A DNA stretch of 62,155 bases, filler included, from Vannella sp. (GCA_023345925.1; 7 parts of 7 records of this genome joined end to end with filler, not necessarily neighbours in it); one strand, 5' to 3'. Positions 1 to 13,028 are shown, counted from the first letter of the whole stretch. A program made the numbers and translations. The notes: a model not told the origin generated them from the sequence alone.

Positions 1-197
1 CTGGCCCTGGTTGAAAAGTGCCTCTAAATTCGATCGGGACCTTTACCAATGGACTTTTTATGTGTTTTAGTCGGGGTACGTTTTGGGCTCATTTGAGCAT
101 CCCTCCGAACGAGGGAAAAGTAGCCCTCTTAAAACATATAAAAACACCAATTGGATCGATGCCAGTCGAATTTAGAAGTACTTTCAACGGAGGCCAG
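1..197. repeat. Long imperfect inverted repeat (foldback/MITE-like), possibly truncated at the window start
   Basis: 1-33 ctggccctggttgaaaagtgcctctaaattcga matches the reverse complement of 166-197 (ctggcctccgttgaaagtacttctaaattcga); ~46-70 pairs with ~130-154; central loop of about 60 nt. Confidence 0.75.
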
Positions 198-386
198 CGG
201 ACGTGGTTTAGTGGGGCCGTGAACTCTCTCAGGACATTTCCCGAGATCACTTGCTTCTTTCCACTCAAAAATGAAAGTGAGAAATCAGATCAGACTTAAG
301 TTTGATACAAGCTTTAGGGGTCTTTCCCAAAGGTGGAAATGCTTCTGTTGGACCAACTGAGTTGCTCCATTTTGCTTCAATCAGCC

Positions 387-2211
387 ATGGGGAGCATGTA
401 TGTCTGATGAGGATGCCATGCTTCAGGCGGTGGGCAGAGGAGGGTAGCTACTGACTTGGGGATCGTCCTCGTAGTGCTGGTTTTGTGAACCCTTGCGACG
501 AGGAGACGTACCAGTATCTGTTGGACTTGAGGGATCGCCAAGAGCAGAACCGGAGGACTCTCCAAAAGGTTTGTAATCCATCTGTGGGCTGTCACTTTGG
601 CGGACCACAAACTGGATCGCATCCTCACTGGCTTGGCCCAGATGGACAACCAAGATGGGATATCATTCATCAAACGCCCTTCTATCCCTTTCACAAGCTC
701 AAGGAGCTCTCGACTTCCAATGAACCCCACACTTCTCTCAAGTAAGAGGTCTTCCACGCGCCCTTGTGCATTCACGCCGTACTCACAAGCGACGCGGTCT
801 CCCTCCCTCACAGTTTGCATGAAGCAGATCATTATCCGTCATGGAGGCATCTGTCATACCGAGACTCTCGTTGAGTTCCTCCGTGGGGTACGCCCGCCAC
901 CGCCATGCCTTTGATCAGGCGCTCCTCGATCGCATGCATGCTTATCGTGGTATCTCTTGTAGTTATGGCCTAGCTGTGAGCACGAGGATGGCACTCCTTT
1001 CACCCTGGAGGACATCAAGGCGGAGGCCCTCGACAGGTTGCGAGAGAAACCGAATACTCTCTTCATCGTGCGTTCTTCCGTCCTCCTGATGAACAAACAT
1101 GACTTCTGACGTTATGTGGCACAGGAAGAGGAACTTGGATGGGCTCTGAACCCTCACGAACCCACCTTTGAGAACGGTCCGGTATGGTTTACCACCGCCC
1201 TCTTTGCTCTGCCAAGCTCCACACTCACAAGGATTACCATCTCTTTAGGAAGTTCAAATAGTCCCTTTAGTAGAGAAGATCATGCAAATCATCGAGGAGG
1301 AAGAAGGATCCAGCACTTTCGAAGCAATCAACAAGCGCGTACAGGAGGTACGGTGCTCTTGTATGTTAGTTTCTCCGACTGAGAGACTTTCTTGAAGGAC
1401 TGGGTGGTCCCTCTTTATAGAGGCGTGCGAAGCACTCCAGAGGAAGTGAGCGAAGCTGTCTCGACTATTCTGGAGACGAATCCCAAGTTCTTTGTAGGCT
1501 TCCGGATCCTCTAGCAATCTTACATGCTGACTAACCGCTATCTAGTATGATCCAAAGAATCCTGAGCGCTACTGCACTCCGCTCTCTCGCAAACGAGCTC
1601 GGCGCCTCTCTGGACCGACTCAGTTGGAGTCCAATGGAAGTCCTAAGCGGCGTAAGAGAGAAGATCTCTCCCCTGGTAAGTTGTTACAACTCCAACAACC
1701 ATCGCTGATGAAGAATAGCCATCACAGAGAGCGATACGGATGGACATGATGGCCCCCCTCCTGGATTTGTGTGTGCTTGCGGTGCAACAGCGCCTGGAAA
1801 GAGTGGAACAGCCAAGTGGAGACAAGACTTGGAGGGATCGTTCCAATGCATCGCCTGCAACACCCGCCAGAAGGTAATGAAAGTGGCCTCTTGTCTCCCA
1901 TCGCTAACCGTCCTTACTTGCAGGTGGTAAGAAACGCTACTCAGGCAGCAGCTGCTACCAAGCCACCTGCAAAGAAGAAGAAGCCAAGCGGGGCCCCAGG
2001 AGGCAATAAGGACGATGGAGGACCTTGGATCCAATGCGATCGTTGCTCCGTGTGGGTGAAGGCGCACTCGGACAACATCCAGGACCTCTCCGAATACGAT
2101 GACAGTAACCCTAACCACTTGGACTACTTCTGCCCTGACTGCCGTTCCAAGCAAGGAGACTCGAAGCGCAAAAGCTCCCGTCGGAAGCCTCCCGTTCGCC
2201 GTGAGTCCTAG
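387..2211 (+). CDS. Multi-exon nuclear protein with a GATA-like Zn finger and a C-terminal PHD-like finger
   Basis: Spliced reading CACGATAPGK..WRQ..CIAC between introns 1676-1718 and 1874-1923; last exon WIQCDRCSVWVKAHSD...YFCPDCR plus basic NLS-like tracts; start inferred via intron 398-474; middle exons not fully resolved. Confidence 0.6.
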
Positions 2212-2319
2212 CCCACCTCGAAGAGGGTCTGTACTTTATACACCTATCTATAGCCTGTCTACCACGCAAGAGGCTTTGAAAGGGAGCCTGGAAGGGGACA
2301 AACAAGCTTTAGAGGGGAA

Positions 2320-3470
2320 CTAAGCGTAGAGAGTGTGAGCTCCATCGGTGGCAAAGAAGAGCAGATAGTAGAATGTGGTTGGGCAAGCGAGGAGGAAAGT
2401 GTCGAATCGGTCAAGGATGCCGCCGTGGCCTGGGAAGAAGATCCCAGAGTCTTTCACACCTCCCATTCGCTTCACAAACGATTCAAGAATGTCTCCAAAG
2501 CATCCAAAGAGGGAGACGCACAACCCAGAGATGACGTAGCTTGCCCAGGACATGGGCAACAGCTCGAAGTCAAAGTAGACTTGCAGAGCTTTGAAGAAGG
2601 TGCAAAGTCCCACACCAAACATCAGTTGAGCAACGAAGCCCTCTACGCTCTTGTTGGGGGAGATATGAGGCATCGCCTTGGTGTTACCGAGCTTTTTGCC
2701 CACTGTTCGGCTTGTTAGTGGTGCAGGAGAGGTAAATCATTGACTCACCATAGAAACCTGCAACATCACTGATCCATGAGGTCAGGAGGATCAAAGTTAA
2801 CATCGCTCCACCATAAGGGACGCCATTGATCTTCATGCTGTCCAAGATCACGATGGCGTGCGACAGAGGCCAAGAGATCCATGTAATGCCAAACCAGTAA
2901 AGCGCAATACGGTGAAAGTCTTCCATCTCAACCTTTCTTTGGGGTGAATAAGCGAAAAAAGGAGAGATAGAGGAGCCTTCTTACCTTGCGTTGAGGAGAG
3001 AAGATCAGGATGGTCAAATAGATGAGGATAATGAGGAAATAGATGTTATACCAGATGGCAGACGCGAGGATGTGCGAGTAAAAGAACCCGATCGAAGGGC
3101 CTAATGAGAGAAACTGGACGATGCGGTCCATGCGAGTGAACTTGTAGTGCTTTGATTTGCCCTTGGCTACTCCAACGTTGCCCTTGTTGTTCAGGAAGAC
3201 GATTTGCATGTACTCTCCAAGCCCTTGGAAGATCATCACCATCACGAAGAGTTTCATCACAAGGGGCACCTTGAACGTGGCTAAAGACACGAACGGCACG
3301 TAGAATAGCCCTGTTGTAACTCTCTGCCGGTGCTCTCGCACAGGGTTATCCGCCTCAAAGGTCACTCGATTGGTAGTAGTCCACTGCCGCACCATCACAT
3401 ACAGCAGCCCCGACCACGCAAGCACCTCATATACGTCCCACCCCGCTACCACAGCCAATAGGCCGTCCAT
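2320..3470 (-). CDS. CDS: Phosphatidate cytidylyltransferase (CDP-diacylglycerol synthase), spliced
   Basis: Hydrophobic protein with SPNKSVEGF and GDILESFVKR..GVKDSG.FFPGHGGILDRFD signature; three ORF pieces joined by short introns. Confidence 0.9.
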
Positions 3471-3662
3471 CACCACCGATCTCTCGCAAAATGCGGAACA
3501 ACTGCGCCTGGCCGCATCGCCCTCACAGCCATACTCGCACTGACCAATCAGCGACAAGGACGAAAAAGCCACGATTAATCCCATCTCCCAAAACCACTTG
3601 AAGTTGAGTTAAAATCATATTTGGCTATTTGGTTGATTGGGGGCTGCCATTCTTTGGTTGGT

Positions 3663-5065
3663 ATGTTGCGGGGTTTGGTGTCTTTGCGTCAGGCGACTGT
3701 TTTGCCTCGTTCGGGGATCTCTTTGACTTTGGTTCGATGTAATGAGACGAAAGCGGAAGTGGAGGACATTCAAACGAAGCTGATCCGACAGCGAGCGACA
3801 AAGAAGACATACCAGAAGAAGACGAATCAGGTCTTAGGGCGGCCTTACAACTACGCTTGGCGCTTCCCTACTCTTCGTTTCAACAAGCAGATCCATGAGG
3901 AACTTCGGGTTCTCATCTCTGACCAGCGCTATGATGAGTTAGTGGAGCGTTGGACTCTTCTTCGGAAGATTGGAAAGCATCCCAGCCCTTACACCGTCGA
4001 ACTCATGGCCGAGGTCCTCTCAAAGACTGGGCAGACGGAAGAGATCCCTCCTATCATCTCTATCCTTGATAACGATACCAATCGGATCACCCCTGAGACG
4101 TGGAAGCACCTTAACAGCGGCTACTTGAGGGAGAACAACCCTGAAGCGGCTCAGGCTGCCCTCCAAAAGCTCACAGAAGATGAGGATGAGAAGAAAGCTT
4201 ATAGTTCTCGTATGATTGGAGCGTACTACGCGCACTGCGTGCGACAGGGAGTCGATGTGACCGCGGACGAGCGAATAGAGAAGGGCCTTTCCCTTCTCAA
4301 GGAAGACACAGTGGAGGAGAGACAACAGTTCTTGTCAGAGATACCTTCTGAGTACCTCAGAGACCACGCAACCGCCTTCTCTGAGACACTTAAGTTGGAC
4401 CTGAGCGCAGTTCTAGAAGTCGTCGCTCACCGCTTCAGCGAGGAGGCGCGTGTGGAGGACGTTCAGTCCACATTGGAGAGCTTCAAGAGTAGCAAGCTCC
4501 CTTTCACTGCGGAGCTGTTCGACTCGTTAATCGTCGCGCAACTTAAAGCAAAGCACCTTGATCAAGCCTTGGCCACTCTCGAGCAGGCACGTGAGATGGA
4601 GATGGAAGTGTGCGTGGCTACTTACAATGACCTGATCCGTGCTTGTGCAAAGGAGGATCGAGGGGCTGAAGTGGAGCGATTGATGCTCGAGCTCGGACGA
4701 GAGGTAAGTCAGAAAGGACCGGTTGCCTTCTTCCGCTAAGCATTGGATAGCCTTCAGCACCGTACACTTTGGTAGCCCTCGCCAACTTCTACGCTGAGAA
4801 GGGCGACTCTGCCAAGGCCAAGCACTATTGGTATCGGGCACGATCGTCGCATGCTCTCCTTGATCCAGCTGACTCCCAGAGGGTCATTGCCCTCGTAGCA
4901 GAGCGAGATCATGCAGAGGCGTTTGAGATGTACGAGTCTCTCAATCGCAACCACGTCACCCCAACCCCAGAGACCTTTGACGCGGTCATTCAAGCGCTCA
5001 ACCGAGCATCCCTCAGCAAGCAAGCGAGAATCGTTCAGCAGCACCGCTTCCGCTGCTTCTACTAA
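3663..5065 (+). CDS. Pentatricopeptide-repeat protein, probably mitochondrial
   Basis: Arg-rich presequence-like N-terminus; PPR-like helices (ATYNDLIRACAK, ETFDAVIQAL); intron 4704-4750 joins the two ORFs in frame. Confidence 0.75.
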
Positions 5066-5639
5066 CCTTCTCTTTCCACTGCCATCCATTCCCACCCAAT
5101 ACCATTGATCCTTCGACTCTCCACGCCCCTTTGCACTGCCCATTCACCGTGAAAGAGAGGTTCTCTGGTTAGAGTAGGGGCCACGATAACCGCATTCCCT
5201 GTCACACGGTCCCAAAGGGTTGACGCCAGTGTATTCGCTGTTTCATCAGCACAACCAAGTCATCCTCATGTTCGAAGCGTTTGGATCAGTTGTGAGGTTG
5301 ATTGAGCTCATGAGCAAGTGTAAGTGAACAAGCAACAGAACCTTTCCTTCGTTGTAGTGTTTCGGAGAAGGTCGGTAAGAACTTCCAGATGAATCAAAAG
5401 GGGCCACAGTGCATCTCTTCTCATCCCTGGCCTCCAACTTACCTTTCTTGATCGCTTAAGAAGCAAACGTTCAAAGGGAGACAAAGATGAGCACCCGAAA
5501 GCTCTCTTTATTCATCTGGTGCGATTCGATGCGTTTCAGCCTCATTGATGTGCACGCTACACCGGGTGTGGGAGAAGAAGGTCGGCTGTGATAGTGGCAC
5601 AACCTAAGGAACTGGGATGCGGAATGAACATCGTCGAGA

Positions 5640-5739
5640 NNNNNNNNNNNNNNNNNNNNNNNNNNNNNNNNNNNNNNNNNNNNTTAATTAATTAANNNNN
5701 NNNNNNNNNNNNNNNNNNNNNNNNNNNNNNNNNNNNNNN
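5640..5739. other. Artificial contig linker
   Basis: 44 N + TTAATTAATTAA + 44 N. Confidence 0.99.
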
Positions 5740-5869
5740 AACATCCAAAAAGTGAAAAAATGAAATCACTCCAAAAGCTTATCCTGAAGAGATGGAGGTC
5801 ATCAGGGCAAGCTACGCAAATACGAGTTCTGCCCCCCTCTTCCCCCTCACTCCACATCTGGATTTTCTC
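5740..5869 (+). repeat. Dispersed ~150-bp element, copy A (5' truncated by contig edge)
   Basis: ccaaaaagtgaaaaaatgaaatcactccaaaagcttatcctgaagagatggaggtcatcagg...gagttctgccc shared with four other loci. Confidence 0.95.
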
Positions 5870-5942
5870 AGGGTGCATTTGCATTTGAATACAGTTTTAT
5901 GATTCCGTCTTCTGAACAAGAAATCTAGTTTTTGATTGAATT

Positions 5943-7564
5943 GATGAAGCGAGTTCGGAAGTGCCCAAAGAGCTTTCGGGCCTGTATTGGACTCATTTCT
6001 TCGGTGCCTCGTTCTTCCATGAGGCCTGATGTCGCCTCGTTGGCTTTCCTGGGGTTCGCTGTTGTGTATGATCTTACTGTTTGCTCAGCGAGCGTGCTCC
6101 CGTACATCCAATCGGTAGGACACTTGTTGATCAGACGTGATCAGGCGAGGATCTGATCTCCCCTTGCAGTTAGTTGCATCAGAAGAGGAAGCAGGCTTCT
6201 ACTACTCGGTTATGATGAGTTCAGGTGCTGCAGCGCAGGTTCTCTCAGCCACAGGATGCGGCTTTCTTGCACGGAGGATCACAATGCGACGGGTCTTCCT
6301 CCTCTTACAGGTGATCGCGATCTTTGGGAGTCTCCTCTATGCTATGGCAGCAGTCCCATTCCATTCTGTATGGGGAATTATCATCGGCAGGTGCATTGCT
6401 TGCCTGGGAACGGGTTCGTACTCCCTCTCTGGCACCTTTTGTCTTCTGATAGTGATGGATATCAAGCCAACCTGGGCCTCACATTATCCTATGTTTCGAG
6501 TCTCATCACAGACCGCTACGAAAGGGGAACCCTCATCTCCAACATTCGAGCGGTCACCATCTTTGCCACTTTCCCCTCTTCTGGTACGCATCCGCATTGA
6601 GCTGTCTGTTCTTCTTCATCTTAGTCTTTGGGCAAAGTGGCTGGATTGATTGTTGCCATTCCAGGGCTTTGGTTTTCAGTAGGAACGTACGAGTTTAATG
6701 CATTCACCTATCCTCCTTGGACCAGCATTCTCCTTCAGCTGGTGTCACTGACAGTCACTTTCATATTTGTCCGTCAGATTGAGACAGAAAAGAAGGAGAC
6801 AGAGACAGAGGAGACGGAAGAGTCTGAGCTTCAGACCATCGTTGAGCCTGCAAAGGCCATTTACCTGTCAAAGGGAGTCATTCTCATCTTTGGCATTATC
6901 TTCTTCAACGGCTTCTTCATGTCCAGTATGACATACTCTCTGCCTCTGGTTATGATTGATGGATACGGGTGGAGTGTTCTTCAATACTCTCCTGTTTGGA
7001 TCGGAATCTCTTTCATGGGACTGGCTGGGGTCCAAATTGCGAAAGTGACAGGAAAGAAACTAAGGAGCCTTCACTATCTCATTATTGTCCCTACCTTGGG
7101 CTACCTGTGCGTTCTGTGCGTTCTATTTGTCGTTGGATGCGTTGGTGTGGGGCGACTGCCCAAGGGCGTGGGCGAAACCTCTTTCCTGTTTGCAGCGGAA
7201 ACTTCTTTCGGAGCGTTACAGATTCTACAACCCACTTTGACTTCCATATTTAGTCAAGTGATTCCTCCCGAGTATCTCGTACGTTATAGTGTTCTACTCG
7301 AAGCCTTTGCATTGGAACTGACGAGATGAAAAGGTGAAAATGATGCCGATGACTTCAGCAATGTATGCGTTGGGGAAGATTCTTGGTCCGTTAGTGAGCG
7401 AACTCGAGTTCCAAGCCGTTGGAATGGCTCTGGTATTCTACGTTCTCCTTGTTCTAACGGCTGCACTCATGTTTGGCACTATCGCGATGAATCGCCACTT
7501 CCAATCACTCGATTCCCTTCTCCCTCCCGTTCCAGAGGAAGCAAAAGATCCCATAAAAGGCTAA
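5943..7564 (+). CDS. Major facilitator superfamily transporter, multi-exon
   Basis: Many TM segments; GFLARRITMRRV loop, IIIGRCIACLG, LGKILGPL; ORF pieces separated by GT-AG introns. Confidence 0.8.
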
Positions 7565-7697
7565 CTTATTGAATCCACTCTCTCAAGGAGGTCCCTTCCG
7601 CCATTGCCGAACAGAGAAATGAGGAATCGCATTTTTAGAAGATTTTAAAGTGGAAAGGAATTAAAAGGGGTGGGAAAGGCCATTCTTTTTGGCACTG

Positions 7698-8210
7698 ATG
7701 CAAGCGGGAGTGCGCCAGCTGCGAGAGGTGATCCTCTATTACGCACCTCGTTCGGGATCTAGTCAGGGTGTGCGGTAGGCAGAGAAGGAACAAGGGATCG
7801 GAACTAGTGGCTCATACGAGGTGAAGGGACTTTGTAGCGGGTGGGGCTTTGGCCCGTTGGATGGTTGCCAACCCTCACGTCGTTGTGAAATCGTACATGC
7901 GAGGATCTCGACATCCTTTCTTGATCGCAAAGCATCGTAGGACTCCTTCTCCCCGGATAAGCGCTCCCAGACTCTCACACCCACGGCAGAGAACAACTTC
8001 TTGCAGAGGAAGGGAGAGAAGATCGACTGGTCCTTGCCTCTCCGCAACATGACTCTCACAGAAGTAGAGAGCACACTCAACCACGTCAACAACAGCGCGG
8101 GAGGCAAAGCCAAGAAGATCACCGAACGATACGTGGTTCAAACCCGCCCTTCGACTCAGGGCCTTTGGTCGTCTAGCTTCCAGAACTCTCTGTCTACCCA
8201 GAAGCAATAG
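7698..8210 (+). CDS. MRPL43: Mitochondrial ribosomal protein mL43 (L51/S25/CI-B8 fold), spliced
   Basis: Spliced reading MQAGVRQLREVILYYAPRSGSSQGVR/DFV...HPFLIAKH/...LRNMTLTEVESTL...PSTQGLW fits the mL43 pattern. Confidence 0.8.
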
Positions 8211-8262
8211 AAGCGTGTGGTTCTCTTCAGCGGTCCCTGAGATCACTTTTCGGGCCTCCTTG

Positions 8263-9837
8263 ATGGCGTGGTGGCGCAGGGCGGCGCTTGTCAGTGGCGT
8301 AGCGCTTTCCTTGGGTGTGGGAGTAGTATATAGGCCGTACCTTCGTGCTGAGGCTCTAGTGGAACCAAAGATAGAGGGCATTGGGCAGCCGGATAGGCAA
8401 GTGGAGATGGTAAACTGGTCCGGCAACCACTCGGTCCAGGCTAACCTGTTCTACACTCCCTCCTCTGAAGGAGAAGTACAAAGCATCATGGCGCATCATC
8501 AAGCATACCGCATACCCATCCGACCGAGTGGAACAGGCCTCTCTCCGAACGGGCTGAGCTTTGAGCCGTCGGCAATGATCACTCTCTCTCAGATGACCCA
8601 ACTGGCCCACGTTGACGTCGAGAAGAAGCTCGTACGCGTACAACCGGGCATCTCTATTGAGAACCTCTCCAAGCAACTGGCTCCTCACGGCTTGACCTTG
8701 CAAAACTTTGCTTCTATTCGAGAGCAGCAGCTTGTTGGGTTCACACAAGCAGGTGCGCACGGGACAGGAGTACGCATTCCTCCTGTGGACGAGCAGGTTG
8801 AGTCGTTCACTCTGATCTCCCCAGCGAAAGGGCGATTGGAGGTGAGCCGCGAAGGGACTCCAGAGTTGTTCAAGCTGATGAATGTGGGCTTGGGCTGCTT
8901 CGGTGTCATCACGGAGATGACTATCAAGTGCGTTGAAGATCACTATCTTCGCGAAGAGACTCTCGTGAAGACGTGGGACCAAATCAAGGCGGACCACCGG
9001 AAGGATCTGCTCGCATTCCGCCATCTCCGTTACCTTTGGATCCCTTACACTCGAGAAACGATCGTAGTGAAAAGCAACCCAGTGGGAAAGGGTTGCCAGG
9101 AGCGCTCAACAGTGAATCACCCTCAAAGTAACGCAATGCGGACTCTCTTGAAAGAACATTCTCCTTCACTAGACGATGTGGACACCTTGGGCATTGCCCA
9201 GATGCGAGACCACTTGCTTTCTATTAACTGCACCGATCCAAAATGGATCCGACAAGTCAATAGGGCCGAGCTGGAAGCTTGGAGACAATTCGATGGGACT
9301 GTGGAGATCGACAGGAGCGACCAGATCCTGGGATTTGACTGCGGAGGACAGCAGCTAGTATTTGAGGTTTGCTTTAACATTGGAGATCCTGCCGCTGAAG
9401 GCCACCCGATGCCAGAAATCCAATTTATAGAGGAATTGATGGAACTCATTGAGTCTTCCGATATTCCTGCTCCCTCCCCGATTGAGCAGCGCTTTAGTGC
9501 ACGAAGTAGCTCTCTGATGAGTCCAGCTTATAGTGATGACGAGAGCGACGCCTTTTGTTGGGTGGGAATTATCATTTACTTGCCGGATGAACTCCAACGA
9601 AAGGACGCTCTGGCCATCTTTGACGCGTATCGTAACTTGCTGATGGACCATCTTGGTGATCGCTACGAACTCAAAGTGCACTGGGCTAAAGTAGAGCTTC
9701 CCAAAGACACCCTTCGAGCTTCTTCCTGGCGCCAACGCATCCAACGCCAATTCCCCCTCACACAATTCCACACCTTGCGCAAAGAGCATGACCCTGACCA
9801 CCTCCTCATCAACGAGCTCCTCACATCCCTCCTCTAA
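8263..9837 (+). CDS. GLDH: L-galactono-1,4-lactone dehydrogenase (FAD-linked aldonolactone oxidoreductase)
   Basis: NWSG, GTGLSPNG, GAHGTG, GLGCFGV, GFDCGGQQ, IEQRF and HWAK motifs; presequence-like N-terminus; intronless. Confidence 0.9.
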   Translation: MAWWRRAALVSGVALSLGVGVVYRPYLRAEALVEPKIEGIGQPDRQVEMVNWSGNHSVQANLFYTPSSEGEVQSIMAHHQAYRIPIRPSGTGLSPNGLSFEPSAMITLSQMTQLAHVDVEKKLVRVQPGISIENLSKQLAPHGLTLQNFASIREQQLVGFTQAGAHGTGVRIPPVDEQVESFTLISPAKGRLEVSREGTPELFKLMNVGLGCFGVITEMTIKCVEDHYLREETLVKTWDQIKADHRKDLLAFRHLRYLWIPYTRETIVVKSNPVGKGCQERSTVNHPQSNAMRTLLKEHSPSLDDVDTLGIAQMRDHLLSINCTDPKWIRQVNRAELEAWRQFDGTVEIDRSDQILGFDCGGQQLVFEVCFNIGDPAAEGHPMPEIQFIEELMELIESSDIPAPSPIEQRFSARSSSLMSPAYSDDESDAFCWVGIIIYLPDELQRKDALAIFDAYRNLLMDHLGDRYELKVHWAKVELPKDTLRASSWRQRIQRQFPLTQFHTLRKEHDPDHLLINELLTSLL

Positions 9838-10291
9838 CCCACCGCACCTCCCATAATACTTCCCATCCCAGCATCGTCTCCTATAAAAATGCAGAAGCAT
9901 CTGAAAATGACGCTGAGGGGACCCAGTGCAATCATGTCACATTGCTACTTCGAACGAACATTCATGGTAGTAACGAGATTTCCCAACGAATCTATTGCAC
10001 AAGCTAACTACGTACTTCCCTTTGGGAAACCTTCGTCCTACTGCTTCCAGAGTCATTCTGGGGGCGGGAAGACAACCCCCCTACACCCCTCCTCTCTGGC
10101 GATGCTCCTGCATCATCAGTACCGACATCTAGCCCGCAATAGACGCCGTCACCGCCTCCCCAGCACCCTTTTTGCCCTCCTTTAGTGAATGAACGTCCAG
10201 TAAGGGAGAGTATTACACATGGCTTTTACACAAGATTCCACCTCACTGGGGGAATAAAGGATCTGTTTATTGTGGCTGCTTGTGGGTGGTG

Positions 10292-13028
10292 ATGGCGAAG
10301 AAGCGGAGATATCAGGAAGAGCCAGCGGTGGAGAAGGTGAAGAAGGCGAAGGGTGGACCAGTGCCTAGGAGGAAGAGGAGGAAGTTGGCGCATGCGGAGG
10401 AGAAGGCGGAGGGAAAGGCGAATAGTCGGGGAGGGCGCAGTCCTGCGACGCCCCGCGGGCGATCGAAGGTTCCTGTGATGGAAGTGGCTGGTATTGAGGA
10501 GGAGGAAGAAGAGTACATGTTGCATGAGGATGAGATCGATGTGGACACTTCCACAGCGTCCTTCTTACACCAACTGGACCCCTCTTTGCTCTCCAGCGTT
10601 CCCACGTTCGTTACTCTCCCCTACCCTCCCTCTCTTACTGATCCCGTACAAACTATAGCAAGGCAGCACGGAAGGTACGATCGAAGAAGTCCAAGGAAGA
10701 CGATCAAGAGGCTGACTACGAGCAATCCGTCCGAGGCTGGAGTGGAGTGGACGAGGACAGCTTGGAGCCCACAACCAAGCCCAAAGAGCCCACCCCTTCC
10801 ACTAAGCCGAAGCCTACAAAGACAGCCTCAGACCTTCTCAAAGCAGCCCAACAGCGCGTAAAGCAGCGGGTTGCCACTCAACTCGACAAGAAGTATGAAG
10901 CAGAGGAGGAGCAAGAGAAGAAGGAGCACTCCCTTGCCAAGCAGAAGCGAAAGGAAGAAGCACGGAAGGCTGGACAGGTAAGATCACGCTCGATCACCCT
11001 TCTCAATGAGACTCGCTCATGTGTACACAGTTGAAAGAGCTCTCTGCGAGTAACATTGATCTCTCTCAAGTACCTGATCTGCTTCGGTTAGGCTGGAAGG
11101 ATGCGCAGGACTCGGCAATGGACATGCGGTTCTATCTCCAGCAGATCAAAGAGTACATTGCCTCTCTGGCGGGTACGATCGTTGAGGACCCTCAAAAGAA
11201 CTTTAAGATCCTCTTGGACTTGGAGGTGGCCTGCAAGTACTACCCTCGCGTCAAGACCATCGAGGACTCGATCATCCCCAATCCCGCTACGGTGAAGCTG
11301 TTTACTGCCACAAGGAAGCTGGCGATCTTGTCTCTTGTAGCTGTCCTCAATGACATCACTCCTGGGTATCGAGTGCGAGCAGACAATGAAGACATCCGCA
11401 CGCAGTCGTTGAAGAAAACCGTGCGGGAGGTTCGTGTCTTCGAGTTTGCCGTCCTCTCATCCTACAACCGATTCTTAGACTTTGCTGAGCATCAGCTGCA
11501 ACGTAAGTTGGCCCTTCCCCCTTGATCTAGTCCCTGATCACGCTGATCGCTCTCCCTTTCAGAGTCCAAGCTTGTGGAGGTGTGCGTGCGTGGCCTCTGC
11601 GAGTTACTGGACCACAACTATCACTTCAACTGTCGCGAACGCCTCTTGAAGACGATCGTGCCTTTCATGAACGCAGAGGACGAGACTTTGGGCGCTTTGT
11701 GCATCCAAACCGTGGAGAAGCTCTTCGAGAAGGACGAGTTGGGTGAGGCTAGTCAAGAAGCAGTGCGTTTCATCATGCAATACATCAAGACGCGCTCGTA
11801 CAACGTCCGTCCAGGGATGGTGGATACCTTCCTGAAGCTTCGATTCACTCAGGATCTTTCCAAGTCCCTCCGCGGTGGCCTTTCAGGCAACACTGTCACT
11901 CGCAAAGACCACCAAAACCTCAGTGGTAACAAGCGGAAGAAGCAAAAGCACGAAAAGGAGTTGGAACGGGACCTTCAAGAAGCCACAGCGGAAGAGAACA
12001 AGAAGCTCATGACTCACTACCAGGCTGAGATCCTCAAGTCCGTCTTCTCTCTCTACTTCCGAGTACTCAAGATGGAGACATCGACCACCCTCCTCGATTC
12101 CGTCCTTCGGGGACTGGCCAAATACGCTCATCTCATCAACCTGGACTTCCAAGCCGACCTCTTCAAAGCTCTCCGTCTTCTCATGTCCGCTGACACTGTC
12201 ACAGCTGAAACAGTGTTCCAGTGCGCGGTCACAGCCTTTGAGAACCTCCAAATGCACGGAAACACGATCGAGATTGACTTGAAAGACTTTTACGAACGCG
12301 TGTACGAATGCATCTTTGAGGTTCCCAAGGATCCTTCCTGCATCCCCAACCTTGTCCAATGCATTCGGTTGATGATTAGTAACAACCGCCAGTTGGATGT
12401 GAACCGAGTGGCGGCCTATTGCAAGCGATTGGCCACCATTGCGGCTTATTTGAAGCCCAATACAGCTCTGGCTGTGCTCATTACTGTCCAGAGACTCATG
12501 CAGACCTTCCCCAACATCCGTCAGTTGTTAGATATTGCCGATGACAAGTCCTCGAGCCGTTATAACCCGTTCGTGCATCAGCCCGACACTTGCAATGCCC
12601 TGTCTTCCTCGCTCTGGGAACTGGTGCTGCTCGAGTCCCACTACCATCCAACTGTGTCTGAGAAGTCCTCTGCCACAGCGGAGGGTTCAGGCACTCAATT
12701 GATCCCTCTGGAGGTGCTCAAGCAGTTCGATACCAGTCTGGGTGGCTTCAATCCTGCCATCACCAAACCCACTCCCCACTCCTTCGAAGGAGTCATCAAG
12801 AACGCACCCAACAGCAAATGCTATCTCACTAGCAAGTCCACTATCGAAGAGCAACTCGCCGACCTCTCACAGGAAGAGGAAGAAGGTGCTCACGAAGATG
12901 CTCATCTGTTTGCCAAGTTCTTCCAGGAAGAGAAGCACTTCAATGCCCAGTTCGAAGAGGAGCGATTGAAGCAGAAGCTCGAAAGCTACAAGGCACTCCT
13001 CGCCCGTTATCTCGAGTACGAGGGCTGA
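10292..13028 (+). CDS. NOC3: Nucleolar complex protein 3 (CBF/Mak21 domain), spliced
   Basis: DITPGYRVR, HYHFNCRERLL, GLAKYAHLINLDF, RVAAYCKRL, LWELVLLESHYHPTV. Confidence 0.92.

Noticed and set aside
5100..5639. Possible minus-strand gene fragment
   Set aside because: Could not build a consistent spliced frame or recognise a family
5640..5739. Recurrent TTAATTAATTAA within N-runs (6 times)
   Set aside because: Artificial all-frame-stop linker for contig concatenation; ORFs ending in LIN are artefacts
5790..5830. Hammerhead ribozyme (CTGATGA on the minus strand of the dispersed element)
   Set aside because: No GAAA core after a stem II, and CTGATGA is not conserved (ccgatga in E, ctgataa in C)
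8356..9024. Long antisense ORFs (also 23185-23844, 35817-36470, 54124-54660, 57121-57903)
   Set aside because: Shadows of well-supported opposite-strand genes, with no motifs
9889..10185. 98-aa ORF between GLDH and NOC3
   Set aside because: No recognisable motifs; cannot be supported
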